Shown in pieces: positions 20,214-46,730 of a stretch of DNA of 64,000 nt. The position numbers and the translations under genes were made by a program. The notes under the pieces were generated by a model. It was not told the origin of the DNA, did not search any database, and saw only the letters and a program-made list of their open reading frames with translations. The DNA is from Amoebidium appalachense. Its lineage: Eukaryota > Protista > Ichthyosporea. The DNA lies in contig CAVNZM010000002.1 in assembly GCA_963693365.1 (NCBI GenBank), forward strand, positions 8,467,059 through 8,531,058, read 5' to 3'. How positions within the stretch are numbered: position 1 is the first letter of the stretch; every line of letters begins with the position of its first letter.

Positions 20214-21073
20214 GTGTCACACACACACCACACACACACACCCTCTCTCTCTCTCACTCACTGACACCCACATGTACACACGCCATGATCATCAATCCTG
20301 GACCACCGACGAACAAGAATACAACTTATATTGCTGATCAAGTATGTATTGAACAGATATACAACCACCAATAAAGCAGACCACATGTCAAACATCCAAA
20401 TGTGGGCACAACATTGACTCCCTTTCATGTTGTAATAATTGTCACGCTTGCAGCCAATAAAATCAAGCAAAGCATATAAATGCAGGATTTTTTGCTGAGA
20501 ACTTGTAAGCCCCCACACAGGCAGCTTTCAACGTACATAATGAAAGGCATGCCTTTATAGATTTGTGCGAGAAAACGGTTGAGAAATACATATTCGAACT
20601 CGAATACATGTATAACTGTCACATGCTCACATTCGCTTTGCCTGATTTCCGTATCAAAGAGTAAAATCACAAGTGCTCGGTGGATGCATATGTGGAAAGA
20701 ACATATGATTTCCCTGAACTAAGCATCTGTTTGTTGCCCACCAAGTTTCTTTTTTCTTTCGCGTCCAAGAAAGCCCATAATTCTAAGTTTGTTTTTCAAG
20801 AACAATCGAGATACCATACGACACCCAAAGACCGAAAACCCTTCATACCATGCCACGATGTAATTGCTCAGATGTTTCAAAATGGAAATCAGAAATGTAC
20901 AATACGAACAACCACAAACTCACATGTGGAGGAGAAAACGTGATGTTTCAATCCTCTATCTCCATAACCTCCACTGGGCCGGTGTTGGCTGGCAGTGTGC
21001 CTGTGTGGGATCATACCAGATCAGTAAACCTACAGAGTTGCTGAATAAACCCCTTCGCAATAGGTGTTGGTGG

Positions 21074-21149
<76 letters not shown>

Positions 21150-21214
21150 ACACACAGAAGGGCACGACATAAGCATACCCCTAAGGGCACGGAATACACA
21201 TACCCCTGTGACGA

Positions 21215-21261
<47 letters not shown>

Positions 21262-21641
21262 AAAAAAAGAAAAAAAGAAAAAGGAAAAAGAAAAAGAAAA
21301 AGAAAAAAAAGAAAAAAAGAAAGAAAGAAAATTACGGTAAAAAAAATTAAACGGCACATCAAGGGCACCCCCGCAAGACTGGGGCAGCAGAGAGGGCAAA
21401 GGGGGAAAGGGGGAAAGGGGGAAAGGGGGATTTGGGGGGGGGGGGGGGGGGGGGGGGAGCGGGGGGGGGGGGGGGGCTTGATTGTTGCACACATTGTTGA
21501 CACACAAAATGAACGAATCTATTGTACACAGGGATGTGCGCAAGTCAGGGAACAAAACATCCTCCAACATTACCCTTCTATGGTTGATGTGTGATTGCGA
21601 GCAGTCTGCATGAACACCTGTGTGCATCTGTTTGTGTGCAT

Positions 21642-21735
<94 letters not shown>

Positions 21736-21802
21736 GTGCGTGCGCGCGCTCGTGCACGTGTGCACGCGCGCGTGAGAGGGCATGTTCACGTGCGCATGTG
21801 CA

Positions 21803-21834
<32 letters not shown>

Positions 21835-22132
21835 CGTGTGCGTGTGTGGTGTATATAGTCGTGTGTGTGGCGTGACGTGCCTGTTTTCATGCACATGTCC
21901 CTCTTTCGGTCTGTGCTTGGGTCTGAGCATGTGTGCAGTGAATGCCGTAAACACGACAGAACATGTGTGCTTGTGTGTGTGTGTGATGTAAAAAAAAGCT
22001 TGCGTGCATGTGTGCACATGCGAGTGTGCTTGTGCCTGTATGTCGGCACGCGTGCAGGTGTGTGCATGTGCCAGAACGTGTACCGCGCGTGTGTGTGTGT
22101 GCGCGTGTGTGCATGTGCCAAGACGCGTGTCG

Positions 22133-23171
22133 TCACCCACCGTCCATGTCTGTGCCCGAGTCCGAGCTGATAGCAATGGGTGGGCCCACGTGTGGGCGCA
22201 CAATAGGGAGGGGGTCTCTGCGGTGCGTCCAGCCAGAAGGGTGCACTCGGAACCCAAACACCTTGGGCACGTACTTGTTGGGGTAGCGACGTGGTCGCAG
22301 CTAAATTTTGAAAACGTTAAGGTTTAGTGTTAGTTTTAAATACGGTAGAACAGGTGCAATGATTATAAATTGAGTGGTGATTCGGAGACTGCAGTGTAAA
22401 AAAGTGACGAGGGACATAAATCAAACATTTTAAGGGTTTAAGTTGAGACTAATGAGGGGATAAGAGGTGCAATCGGTATCAATATTTCGCTTCGAAAATT
22501 ACGGTGCAAAAAAAAGTAACGGAGAAATAAACTAGACAATGAGCCCCGACACAGACACACACAACAACTGATATGATGATACATACGACACAGACACAGA
22601 CAACAACTGATATGATGATACATACGACACAGACACAGACAACAACTGATATGATGATACATACGACACAGACACAGACAACAACTGATATGATGATACA
22701 TACGACACAGACACAGACAACAACTGATATGACGAATGATGCATTACGGACAAGAAATATGAGAGGTAGGTCTTAACCCGAAAAAGAGGCGACGTGCTTG
22801 GCTTCATCGGCCTGATGGGCGCGTTGTATGTGTGTGTGAGGGCACAAGTATGTGCATGATTGTCTTGTCTTGAAGCATGCCTCTCCGGGGGATGGGGTGA
22901 AGGGGGCTGAGGTTCGCTCAACATACCTCAGGGTAGTTGAAGAAGAACATTTGCACAAAGGAAGTGCCGAAGTATGCGCCTGTGAGCAGGGAGGGGGCAT
23001 GACAGGTCAGTGGTCACAGTCTGCGTGAAATATCCCCCCCCCCCCCCCCCCCTCCCCCTCTTCCGCCAATCCGTATGGCTTCTCATTACACCAAATTCGC
23101 CTACACCTTGTTTATCAATCATGCCCCCCTCCCTCAAAACACACACACGCACACACGCGTACACACACGCA

Positions 23172-23206
<35 letters not shown>

Positions 23207-23214
23207 ATGCCTCC

Positions 23215-23261
<47 letters not shown>

Positions 23262-23543
23262 ACCGTCTATGGCTGTGCCGTCCAGGTCAAACAGCTCCTC
23301 ACACTGTGCGCAAAGTAGCTTCAGCTTGCCCTTCTTCTGCACATCTGAAGGAACACACAGCACCCGTGAGAATGCTTCGAAATGTGTGTGTGTGTGTGTG
23401 TGTGTGTATGTTTGGTTGTGTGTGTGTGCCAACACCTTTGAACCCACGACCCCCGCCTTACATCACCCACTCATCTCCTGCCCCCACGCTCATCCGCACA
23501 GGGTCCACCCTCTACTCAACCTGTTACTCCCTAGCCCCCCTTA

Positions 23544-23589
<46 letters not shown>

Positions 23590-24088
23590 TTCGCCCCGCC
23601 CCCGGTTCATAGACATGTTCTCCAAGTACTGCATGCAAACAGCAACTTTCATCTTTGTGACCACTGTCCACAGCACAAGACATACACGGCGTTTCCTGTT
23701 CAGCACACTAGTGCATTCAATTCACGTTCTGCCCTTGCACAACAGTTTGCTCTTCCTTTCTTCCAACTCATACTCCCCCGGGCTGTCCATCAGGCACAAT
23801 CATATTGCCCTTCTCTCTCCATTGCCTCCCAAGCTTGTTGTCACATAGATGCAAATAAACGCTGAGGCACACACACACACAGGCACACACAACAAAGACA
23901 CGCGCGCACACACACACACAGACACAAGCACACACACGTGCACCACCGCACTCAAGCATCCATTCTCCCCCCCATACGCACACGCACACGCACACGCACA
24001 CGCACACACACGCACACACGCACACACGCACACACACATACGCACGCACACGCACGCGCACGCGCACGCACGCACGCACGCACGCGCA

Positions 24089-24169
<81 letters not shown>

Positions 24170-24845
24170 CTGTGGTGCCCGTAGGAAGCAGGTGGTATCC
24201 ACAGTTCTTGTTTGGGCACACCCCAAAGTCACCCCGTCCAAACTTGACATACTGCACACACGCAAAAAAATCAGTGCCTTTCCGGGTATGCGTACGCATG
24301 TACGTGTGCGCTGTGTTTGTCTGAGTATATATGTGTGTGTGTGTGTCTGTGCGTGTTTGTGTGTGCGCGCGCATGCTTGTGTGTGTGTATGTGTGTGTGT
24401 GTGTGTGTGTGTGAATGTTGTGCAAGTTTGTGAATGAAATGGGGACGGCAATGGCATTTGCACTGGGGGAAAGGCAGGATAGGGGGGAGGTGGGGGGGGG
24501 GGAAGGGTGGAGATGAACGAAAAGCAGTACATATACGGTGGTCCATTGTGTGTGCACGTGGTGGTGTAGGTGTGCATTCATGTGTGTGCACGTGCATGCA
24601 TGCATGCATGTGTGTGTGCACGTGCATGCATGCATGTGTGTGTGCACGTGCATGCATGCACGTATGTGTGCACGTGCATGCATGCATGTGTGTGTGCACG
24701 TGCATGCATGCATGTGTGTGTGCACGTGCCTACCATGCGCTGCAGGCCCTTCTGTGTGACGATGTAGCGGCTGTGGATCAGCCCGTACAGCCTCTCGGCA
24801 CACTTGGCTACCTGCTTGACCTGCTCCCCAGACATGTCCTCCGAC

Positions 24846-24909
<64 letters not shown>

Positions 24910-25061
24910 CCGCATGCGTGTGAGTGTCTCAGTGTCAGACCACTTTTAATGAATCTTTCGACACAACACCACAATGGTAACAATGATATTCATGTATTCA
25001 CCTGTTTACAGACACCCAATGCAATCACCTCCCCCCCCTCCTCCCTGCCCCCTCCCCCCCC

Positions 25062-25101
<40 letters not shown>

Positions 25102-25715
25102 CGGCTACCCGCGCACACCCGCCCAGTGTGCCCAGCCTGACAACCAAAGAAGCTCACTTCCAAGGGAAACACTGAGAAGTCTGCGTGAGGACAGAAAAAA
25201 AGGACCAAGTGCAAGGTGTGCAGGTGTCTCGTGGAAAGGCAGGAGTGGCAAGGCGTGGCATACGTGATGCCTAATTCTGTGTGCATGTGAATTTATTTCC
25301 TTCGTTCCTTTCCCTCCCTTTCCTTTAATCCCCTCCTCCTCCTCCCCCCCCCCCCCCCCCCCCCCCCCCCCTCTGGCCCCATATTTCATTTTTCTTTTAT
25401 TCTTCTATCTCTCTCTCTCCCTTCCTCCGCTCCCCCCCCCCCCCCTCCCTCCCTCCCCCCCCTTCCTTCCCTTCTCCCCCCGTCCCCCCCCCCCCTCCCC
25501 CCCCCCCCCCACTATCTTTTCCACTCACCATAGACCACCTGCTCATCGTCCAGAATCAAGCCTAGAGCCTGTGCATAGTTGGGCACGAGGGGGCGCAGGC
25601 CAAACAGGTTGAAGGTGTCCTCGATGTAGCCCCCGTCCACCTCACAGAAGTACTTGTTGCCCCGCCGCTGGCAGAAATGCTCCGTCCAGCTGCTGCTCTC
25701 GCTGCTGCTGCCCAT
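22133..25715 (-). CDS. CSNK2B: Casein kinase II regulatory (beta) subunit, divergent, 6 exons, ~227 aa; possible extra terminal exon 21000-20948
   Basis: Exons are 25715-25529, 24846-24734, 24251-24170, 23344-23264, 22979-22927 and 22300-22133. Motifs include SW...[54 protein letters not shown] and [11 protein letters not shown]. The first intron's acceptor is ambiguous (see findings). Confidence 0.9.
22547..22732. repeat. 39-bp minisatellite, ~4.7 near-identical copies (intronic)
   Basis: The unit CGACACAGACACAGACAACAACTGATATGATGATACATA repeats head to tail. Confidence 0.92.
24575..24729. repeat. Alternating purine/pyrimidine palindromic minisatellite (TGCATGCA / GTGCACGTGCA units)
   Basis: Repeated GTGCACGTGCATGCATGCATGTGTGT-like units lie immediately after a CK2-beta splice donor. 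Confidence 0.75.
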
Positions 25716-25804
25716 CGTGTCTGCACGTGCACGTGTTGATAAGAAAGAGGGGAGGGGGGGAAGAGAGAGAGAGTGTGTGGGGGGGGGGGGGGGGGGGGGG
25801 GGAT

Positions 25805-25846
<42 letters not shown>

Positions 25847-25979
25847 GGTTGTCCGTATATGCGGGTTTGTGTCATGTGTGTGTGCGTGTATGTGTGTGTG
25901 TGCGCGTGTGCATGTGTACGTGTGAACGTGTGCGAATGTGTCTGTGTGTGGGTTAAGTGTATGTATAATTGCACACGTG

Positions 25980-26014
<35 letters not shown>

Positions 26015-26083
26015 TTACGTGTCTGTGTGTGTGTGTGTGTGTGTATGTACACGTGTGTGTGTGTGTGTGTGTATGTGGCTGAG

Positions 26084-26114
<31 letters not shown>

Positions 26115-26269
26115 GTATGTATGTGTGTGTATGTGTGTGTGCGCGTGCACACGCGCGCGCAGTGTGTGCACACATGCACGTGTTTGTGCTTATGTGAACC
26201 TTTAACCGTACAACACATACATGCCCGTGTTGCGGGTATGGGGTGCAGCAGTGTGGGGAGGGTAAGTGT

Positions 26270-26336
<67 letters not shown>

Positions 26337-26627
26337 TGTGTGCTGCGTAAGTGTGTTTTTCATCTGTATCCCTGGGCTCTCGAGTGCGCACTAGCCTTGA
26401 ACCCGTTGATTTAAACGTGCCTTTTGTGCATTGTGTGGGCGCTCTACTAGTCTCTGTCCGTGTGTCGGTGTTTCTTGGCCAGCATAAATGCTAGTAGGAA
26501 TATAACCGTACTAAACATTTGATCACAACTCTACAGGGGGTGTGCACCTGTGGGTTTAAAAAACTGCTAGCAGACACGTGCAATTCGGTCTTGCTTTTTA
26601 TACCACACAAGCGCAACCCCGCCCCCT

Positions 26628-26664
<37 letters not shown>

Positions 26665-27108
26665 CAAAAAAAAAAAACAAAAAAAAAAAAAAAAAAAAAA
26701 AAAACTTCCCCCCCCTCCTCCCCTCTCCCACATGCACACATGTCCACTCACCAGCCCAAATATACATAAAAAACCCCACCCATTCAGCCACGCGCGCACC
26801 CATACACCCTCAAGACTACCCTGCCTTTCCCCTACCTGGATTTGTCTGTCGTTTCTGGATCCAGTATCACCCGCTGACGCTACTTGCACCAGAAAAACAA
26901 CGGGAAGAAAGAAAATGAACAAACGAAGCAGGAAAACACAGAATATTCTCTGAAATTAACGACATGGACATGCTATATCGGGTTCCGTGACCGACATGAA
27001 AAAGCCAGACTAGAAGGCCTTGATAATCTCCGAGGCGGGGCCTAGGAAACAAGAACAGAAACTTTGACACCGTGCGAGCTCATCGATTCCCACATGTAAC
27101 TGCATCCC

Positions 27109-28212
27109 ATGGCGTCATACCCCCAATATCTTGGTGTTCCGGTTGATTCTGTTGGTGTTATGTTTCCCCATATGGTCGAAAAGAGGGTAGAGTTGGCTCG
27201 TAAGCGGTTAGCTTTCTTCTCGGCTAATATTTTTAAAGACACACCCCTCCATCCTTCTATTAGACTTACATTTATTCGCACTTTTGTCTTCCCGGCATGT
27301 GAATATGGTTTACCCCTTCTCGCCGCTTGGATCAAGAAAGAGAGAACTAGAGCGCTTAAACCCTTGGCAAATTTCCTTGAAGCAGAAGTTGCCTCCTTTC
27401 TATCTAACAACTGTTGTAAACCTGGGCCTGTAACGCTCTCGATATATGGTCTGGTCCCAATAGCTGCTAGAGTATCCTATCTCGCGCTGAAATTCAATAA
27501 GCACATAAGCCGCTTAAAGAAGTATTTGCCCTCCCACCCTCTCTTCTCTATCCGACCTGTCCCCTCCTCACCTCTCCCCTCTTTCCTCCCCTCTCTCTCC
27601 CCTTCTCCCCTGGGCACAAATACAAATAAACCCCGCAATAGTGTGTGTGTGACTTTGGACTGCCACTTACTTATTAAACATGTACACAATCACAAGATAA
27701 TCACGCAATATAACAAATGGAAAAAGATACCACACGACACTAGACCCGATGAAAGCATACACCTTGAAAAACTAAGCCTTATGTCTCGTTTTATATATAC
27801 TGACCGCCTCAACCATATTGCCAAATATGGCACTCGCAAGTGTATAACACCTAAATACATATTACCTTCCTGTAGAACTGGTCTTTCTCTAGCTGATGGT
27901 ATTATTGATCAATTACCACGCTTTTACTGTACACGTGCTATACAGTGGAGATCTAATAAGTATAAGGTGGCATCATTTGCATGCCCAAACAACACACACA
28001 CACACCAGTTTAACCGGTCATGTATCGCCAAATGTAGTTTGATAGACCACATAATACCGCAACACACACACGTCACATTCACAACAGACACCCAGAAAGA
28101 TAGCCTACCTGTAAATTACAACATCCTTGATTTTATACTAAACACGCGTAACTACGACCTGTTTATTAGATGTATTGATTGGCTTGAGAAACACATCACT
28201 ACAAAATTATAG
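27109..28212 (+). mobile_element. 5'-truncated non-LTR retrotransposon (LINE-like) ORF: RT thumb plus C-terminal Cys/His region, 367 aa
   Basis: This intronless, AT-richer ORF begins with the post-palm RT motif Y..YLGV. It continues R..FIRTFVFPACEYG (the thumb motif) and ends with a QWR..C..H..F.R.C..C zinc-knuckle-like segment. A short 3' region and a ~56-nt poly-A (28324-28379) follow. There is no YADD catalytic core. Confidence 0.72.
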
Positions 28213-28232
28213 CGCACGCGCACACACACACA

Positions 28233-28287
<55 letters not shown>

Positions 28288-28319
28288 CCAGCTGATACCG
28301 AGTGTCCCGAGGGGAGCCC

Positions 28320-28380
<61 letters not shown>

Positions 28381-28619
28381 GGGGAACCCCAACTAATTGA
28401 TTTCTCCTTGTAGTCTTTATGGTGTCTCGCAGAGAAAGTAAACCCTGATATATAGTCACCACCCGACATCTATGTACGTGATCATGATATACCGCTGAGG
28501 GGATATTCCGAGCAAACCCCCCCCCCCCATACCTGAGACTGGTTCTCTTTGCCTCGAGTAAACAGCGTAAACCCCCAACCACATTTGACCCCGATAACTC
28601 TGACCCGGAAAAGAGAATA

Positions 28620-28745
28620 TGACGTCACGTGGTAGGCTTTGCAGGATTACGTAAGCCCCGGGAAAAAGGCGCGCAACTCAGCCGCCGCTGCCGCCGCTTC
28701 GTCAAAGGCCGCAAAACGCCGCGGCGTTAAACGTTGCCCTAGCTG
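28620..28745. promoter_or_regulatory. GC-rich promoter-like region upstream of PIG-H with overlapping CRE/G-box
   Basis: TGACGTCACGTG at 28620-28631 sits in a CpG-rich, microsatellite-free island ~550 bp upstream of the PIG-H ORF. Confidence 0.4.
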
Positions 28746-29196
28746 CTGTGTTCTAGATCTAAAGCTGGAGAGAGAGACTCAATGTTAACGTTAGTGAGAT
28801 AAGCTTTATGCACACACACGTATATACGCAGCTGAGCGTGATGCACATATATAGGCAGCTAACAAGTTTATAGTCATAAGTGCACGCAGTATGAAGCCTT
28901 TCCTATGGTGAGCGAAGCATTGCTGGTTGGAAATTGGGGTCTTCAGAGCTACACAAGGTGGCTACAAATCGGCATTTTGTAGTAACACTGATTTCTCAGC
29001 TACATTCATTTTTCCATCTGATAGGAAATACACCCACACGCACACACGCACACACACACACATAGACGCACCCATACTCACGCACACGCACACGCACACG
29101 CACACACACACACACGCGCGCACGAGCACACACACACTATCACACACACACACCAACACACGCAACCAGGCACGCCTGCTATGAAAACATCAAACT

Positions 29197-29809
29197 ATGA
29201 AGCCTTCTTCCACCGTGCATTGCCGCATCCGCTGACGGCGTCAACATAACTTTCACCGAAGAGCGTTTGGAAGGCAGCGACTCTGTTCGGCTATTCACCA
29301 TACATGTTCCGTTCTTCTCTGTTTCGGACATACTCGTTTGGGCTGCGAGCGTAGTGACTTTCGTGGATCATCCGAGAAACCCCCTAAAGGAATACCGTTA
29401 TCCAGCGACGATTTTGCTTGTTTGCTGGTTAGTGTACTCTCTAACATGTGTCCGGGAGGAGTCTCTTTTAATCATTCAGAACCAAGGGGTGCAACTAACA
29501 ACGAAGTATAAGCTACCACTCCGACCGGCCAACGTTCGCTTCATTACACAAGAGAGAATACAGGAAACCATCATCAACGAAGCTGTTCACATGCACAGAG
29601 TTGTCTTTTACTTAGCATTTTTGACACCAGAAACACCACAAGAGCAAGTAACACCGCGAACAGTGGGTAACAAGCTTCAAGGGGGCTGTTTTGAGAAGGA
29701 ACATCCACGAAGAGACACCAAGATGATAGTTGCATTTCCCCATTTCCTGCCACGGCTGGCCCAGCTCAAGGTGGCGTATGGGGCTGCACAGCAACTTCTA
29801 CAGAGCTAG
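29197..29809 (+). CDS. PIGH: GPI-GlcNAc transferase subunit H (PIG-H/Gpi15); start codon unresolved
   Basis: The frame is open from 29201 to 29809, with two TM segments and the PIG-H motifs VREESLLII...GVQL, FI....I....INEA....RVVFYLA and IVAFP..LPRL..L..Y. The ATG at 29197 is one base out of frame with the ORF. Confidence 0.88.
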
Positions 29810-31280
29810 TGACGTAACGTTTCCTGCTGAACGTGGTGTGAAGGAACTTCTCATAGAATTAGAATTAATAGAAAGATGGGCTGGCTCCCACAGTGATATT
29901 TGTTGCCCACACATATTTGTGTTCTTCCCCCCCGCCCCCCCCACACACACACCCCTCCCCAAACACTCACACCAAAAAAAGAAAGAACCCAGTGCCCCCT
30001 CCCCCCGCTGGCCTTTCTGTTTCGCCCTCTCCCTCTCCCTGTCCCTGTCCTTCTCCCTCTCGTTCTCTCCATCTTAACAACCGCCCCCCTCCCCCCCCCC
30101 CCCCCCGTCTTTGCCCCCCTGACTCCATGCCCTCGCTCCCTCAATCTCTCCAATAAATCCCCCCCCCCCCCCCCCCCCCCCGATCCCACAGCCCCTTCTC
30201 CCCCCCCCCCCCCCCCCCCCTTTACCCCCTTGGTTTCTTATTTCACCTTCTCCCCTCCTTCGCCCCCGTGATCCTCCACCCGTCCCCCCCCCCCCCCCTT
30301 CCCACCACCATCGCAATAGAAACATTTCATAATTTATCTTCTTTTGTCTCTAATGCATGGCAATGCTTGAGACCTTAGACTCCTCTCCCCTACTCAGGTG
30401 TGCTATCCGTAGCACCTGCTTATCGTGCTTGGGGATGGCTACGTTTACGGCTGCCATTTAATTTGGGAGGGAGGGAGGGAGGGGGGGGGGGGGGGGGGGA
30501 GGGAGGGGGGGGGGGGGGGGGGAGGACCTTCACTTACAGCAACTATAAGAAGCTAAAAAGGGAAAATGACCTTGAAACGTCACATGTGCATGAGTATGTG
30601 CACGCATACCGTACACGCACACCAAATCACAAACACTAAGACACGCACATGTATGCACATACAAAACACAGGCTCCGGTGAGAACAAACACATACACTGC
30701 CACTACTGTAGCACAGAAACACCGCCCTGCTGTGCATGCATGCACATGTGCAGTTGCAGCAAAAGCACGGCCGTACGCGTCTCAAAAACTCTATTCTTGG
30801 TTGCCTATCTTAATAACATCCTACATTTTCGGTAGCATGGTGTTCCAGAGGGCCGTCAGCAAGAGGTAAAGACAATATGGGTCATGTAGATATCACGTGT
30901 GTGCCAGAGCCAGTTGGATGCACGTGCTCTTTAATATCAGATTTATTTTAAAGATGTTTAATTTTAAAAAATTCTTCTGGCCATTGCGTATAGCTGAGGC
31001 ATCGGTCTATACAAGCCGCGCTCCATCACCCAGTCCAAAACGGTTCTTTCAATCAAAAAAATATAGAGTCACCCACCAATTGGTTACCAAACGACACGAG
31101 CAAACATTCATCATGCGCGGTACGAGAAAGCAAAAACCACATAAACCTTTAAAAACAAGCCAAAAAAAAGATACGGCAACTCAGGAAAGGAGGCAACAAA
31201 GAACAAAAAGGAGCTGGCATCTGTCTAGGGAACAAAAAAAAAAAAAAAGAAAGAAAGAAAGAAACGTGCATGATTTTAAG

Positions 31281-44569
<13,289 letters not shown>

Positions 44570-46082
44570 GTTGCACCTGTGCACGTAAGTGCATGCCCGT
44601 CTATTTTTTGTGTGCGTGTGCCCGTGTGTCACAGTGTCCGTATGCCTATTCATACGGTATAATGCGTGCCTGGCTGCCGTTTTGCACTATTGTGCTTGGT
44701 ATGTATTATACGTGAACATATCCCTAAAGCCCCCTAAAACTTTCATCAGTGACCCTCGGTGCGGTACTCACTGTGAATACTAATGCTGCTAAAGTGGCGG
44801 AATTTGGCCATGGACTTGGTGAAACTAAATTATATAGCTGCTACTAGCGGCAGTGCAAGCTGCGCAGGCTGGGGTTTTCTTCGCGCCAAAAATTTACAAG
44901 CCCAGTCAGCAAGCGAGATCTGGGTGGAGTATTGCTATATTTGGCTATTCTGTGAATGACTTGCGCAAAATATCTGAACGGCAGGAGGCAGCGGTGAGAG
45001 ACGAAGATCCACCGTTGCGAATAGCATTGCGGTGAGATGATTGGTTATTTGTCATGCATTAGTTGTGTTGGATTGCTGGTTTCCATATATAGTTAGTGTG
45101 GTTTGGTTTTGATTGCATGTTCTGATTTGGTCAGATGTAAAAGCATTTGATTGGTTGCTGCAGTCTGGCTTCAAATTCCAAATGCATCGTGGGAACGGGT
45201 ATAAAAATGAGCAAATGTCGTTTGGATTTCAGTCTTGGTTTTCGTTTTAGCGTTTGTGTGAGTGTCTGGCATCAGAGGTAAAAGGGATTTGTAGAGTTAG
45301 TTGGTTGAACTAAGTTTGGTGCTGCTAGTGTGGAAGCGCACAAATTAGTTGCCTTAGCTAGCTTTCCTTTTTCCTGTTGATTTCCCCGCCCTGCCAGCCC
45401 TGTTGTGGGGATAGATGAAGGGGTGTCCTTGGCCATTGCGCAATAGGCACACTGTTTCCTTCTTTAGGGTGGCTTTTGTGTAAGTGGATGAGGTGGTTTT
45501 CGGGTCTGTGGATGTGCAATATGGAAGGGAAAGACGAGAGTGGGGGGGGGGGGGGGGGGGGGGGGGTGGGGGAGGGGGGGGGAGGGGGAGGGGGGGGGGG
45601 GGGGGGTTATAGTTAGTGGGTAGTTAGATTTTCGATTGGTTGAAATGGTCCGATGATCCTCTGGATAGGTCAACCTTTGTGATGTGAATGGAGGGGTAGG
45701 TGTGTTGGCCATTTTCGTGTGCTTCTTTTTTGGGGGAGAGGGGGGGGGGGGGGGGGGAAGAGAGAGAGAGAGGGAGAGAAAGAGAGATTTGTAAAAAGTT
45801 CTGTATGTGCAGATGGACAGAGAGGAGAGACACGTAGGGAAAGACAACAATACCAACAGGTGGTGGGGGTTGGGGGAGAGGAGGGGAGGGGGGGGGGTTG
45901 GATCCTCGGGGGGGGGGGGGGGGGGGGGAGGGGGGGAAGGAAGGGAGTTAGACACTTGCTATAACCCCCTCCCCCCCTTCCCCTCCCCCCGCCCTTGCGG
46001 GCTTAACCATCACACCCATCTCCCTCTACCGGCCCTTCAATCTTGTGGGGAAAATGACGAGGGAACGGGGGAAGAAAAAAAT

Positions 46083-46123
<41 letters not shown>

Positions 46124-46399
46124 AGGCAAGAAAAGAAAACAAGACAGAGAAGGAAACATGAATGCAAAGGTACAAGGAGACCCGGGGGGAAGGGGGAGAG
46201 GGAAAGGGGGAGATTATAACAAGGGGGAAAAGAAACTTTACGCACGAGCGCGAAGGGGGGGGGGGGGGGGGGGGTTTGGAAAAACAGAAATGCACATTTG
46301 GAGCAACCACGGCATAATAAACAGAAAATTTCGAATGTGACACGTGACAACTGAGCGTTCTCTCTTTTTTTTTTTTTCCGTGTGTGTGTGTGTGTTAGT

Positions 46400-46430
<31 letters not shown>

Positions 46431-46504
46431 GGGGGGGTTGAAGGATGATCTGTAGAGGTTTATCTGTTATATTCGCCGGCAAATATCACCTAATGTCAAT
46501 TTTT

Positions 46505-46730
46505 TGTGCCCACTAGTACTGGAGCTATTCATTCACGTAACTGGCCACCCCACAGAGCGGCTGTGTCATTAAGATAACTGCTATTTTCAAAACCGCATTG
46601 TAATACGTTAAAAACACGATTTATAGATACCATTCGGAAAACATTTTGAACAGCATGCATGGAAATACCTTCAAAAGCACAAATACAGTCCAACACACCC
46701 TAATACTCGATGGTGTAGGCAAAGTCCCCG
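46505..46730 (-). pseudogene. Relic 3' end and downstream flank of an older SdrD-B-repeat gene paralog (unit 1)
   Basis: 46726-46700 encodes DFAYTIEY* versus the intact gene's DFAYTIKF*. The adjacent ATTCACGTAACTGGCCA..CACAGAGCGGCTGT..GATAACTGC matches the intact gene's flank at ~48535-48630. Confidence 0.75.
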
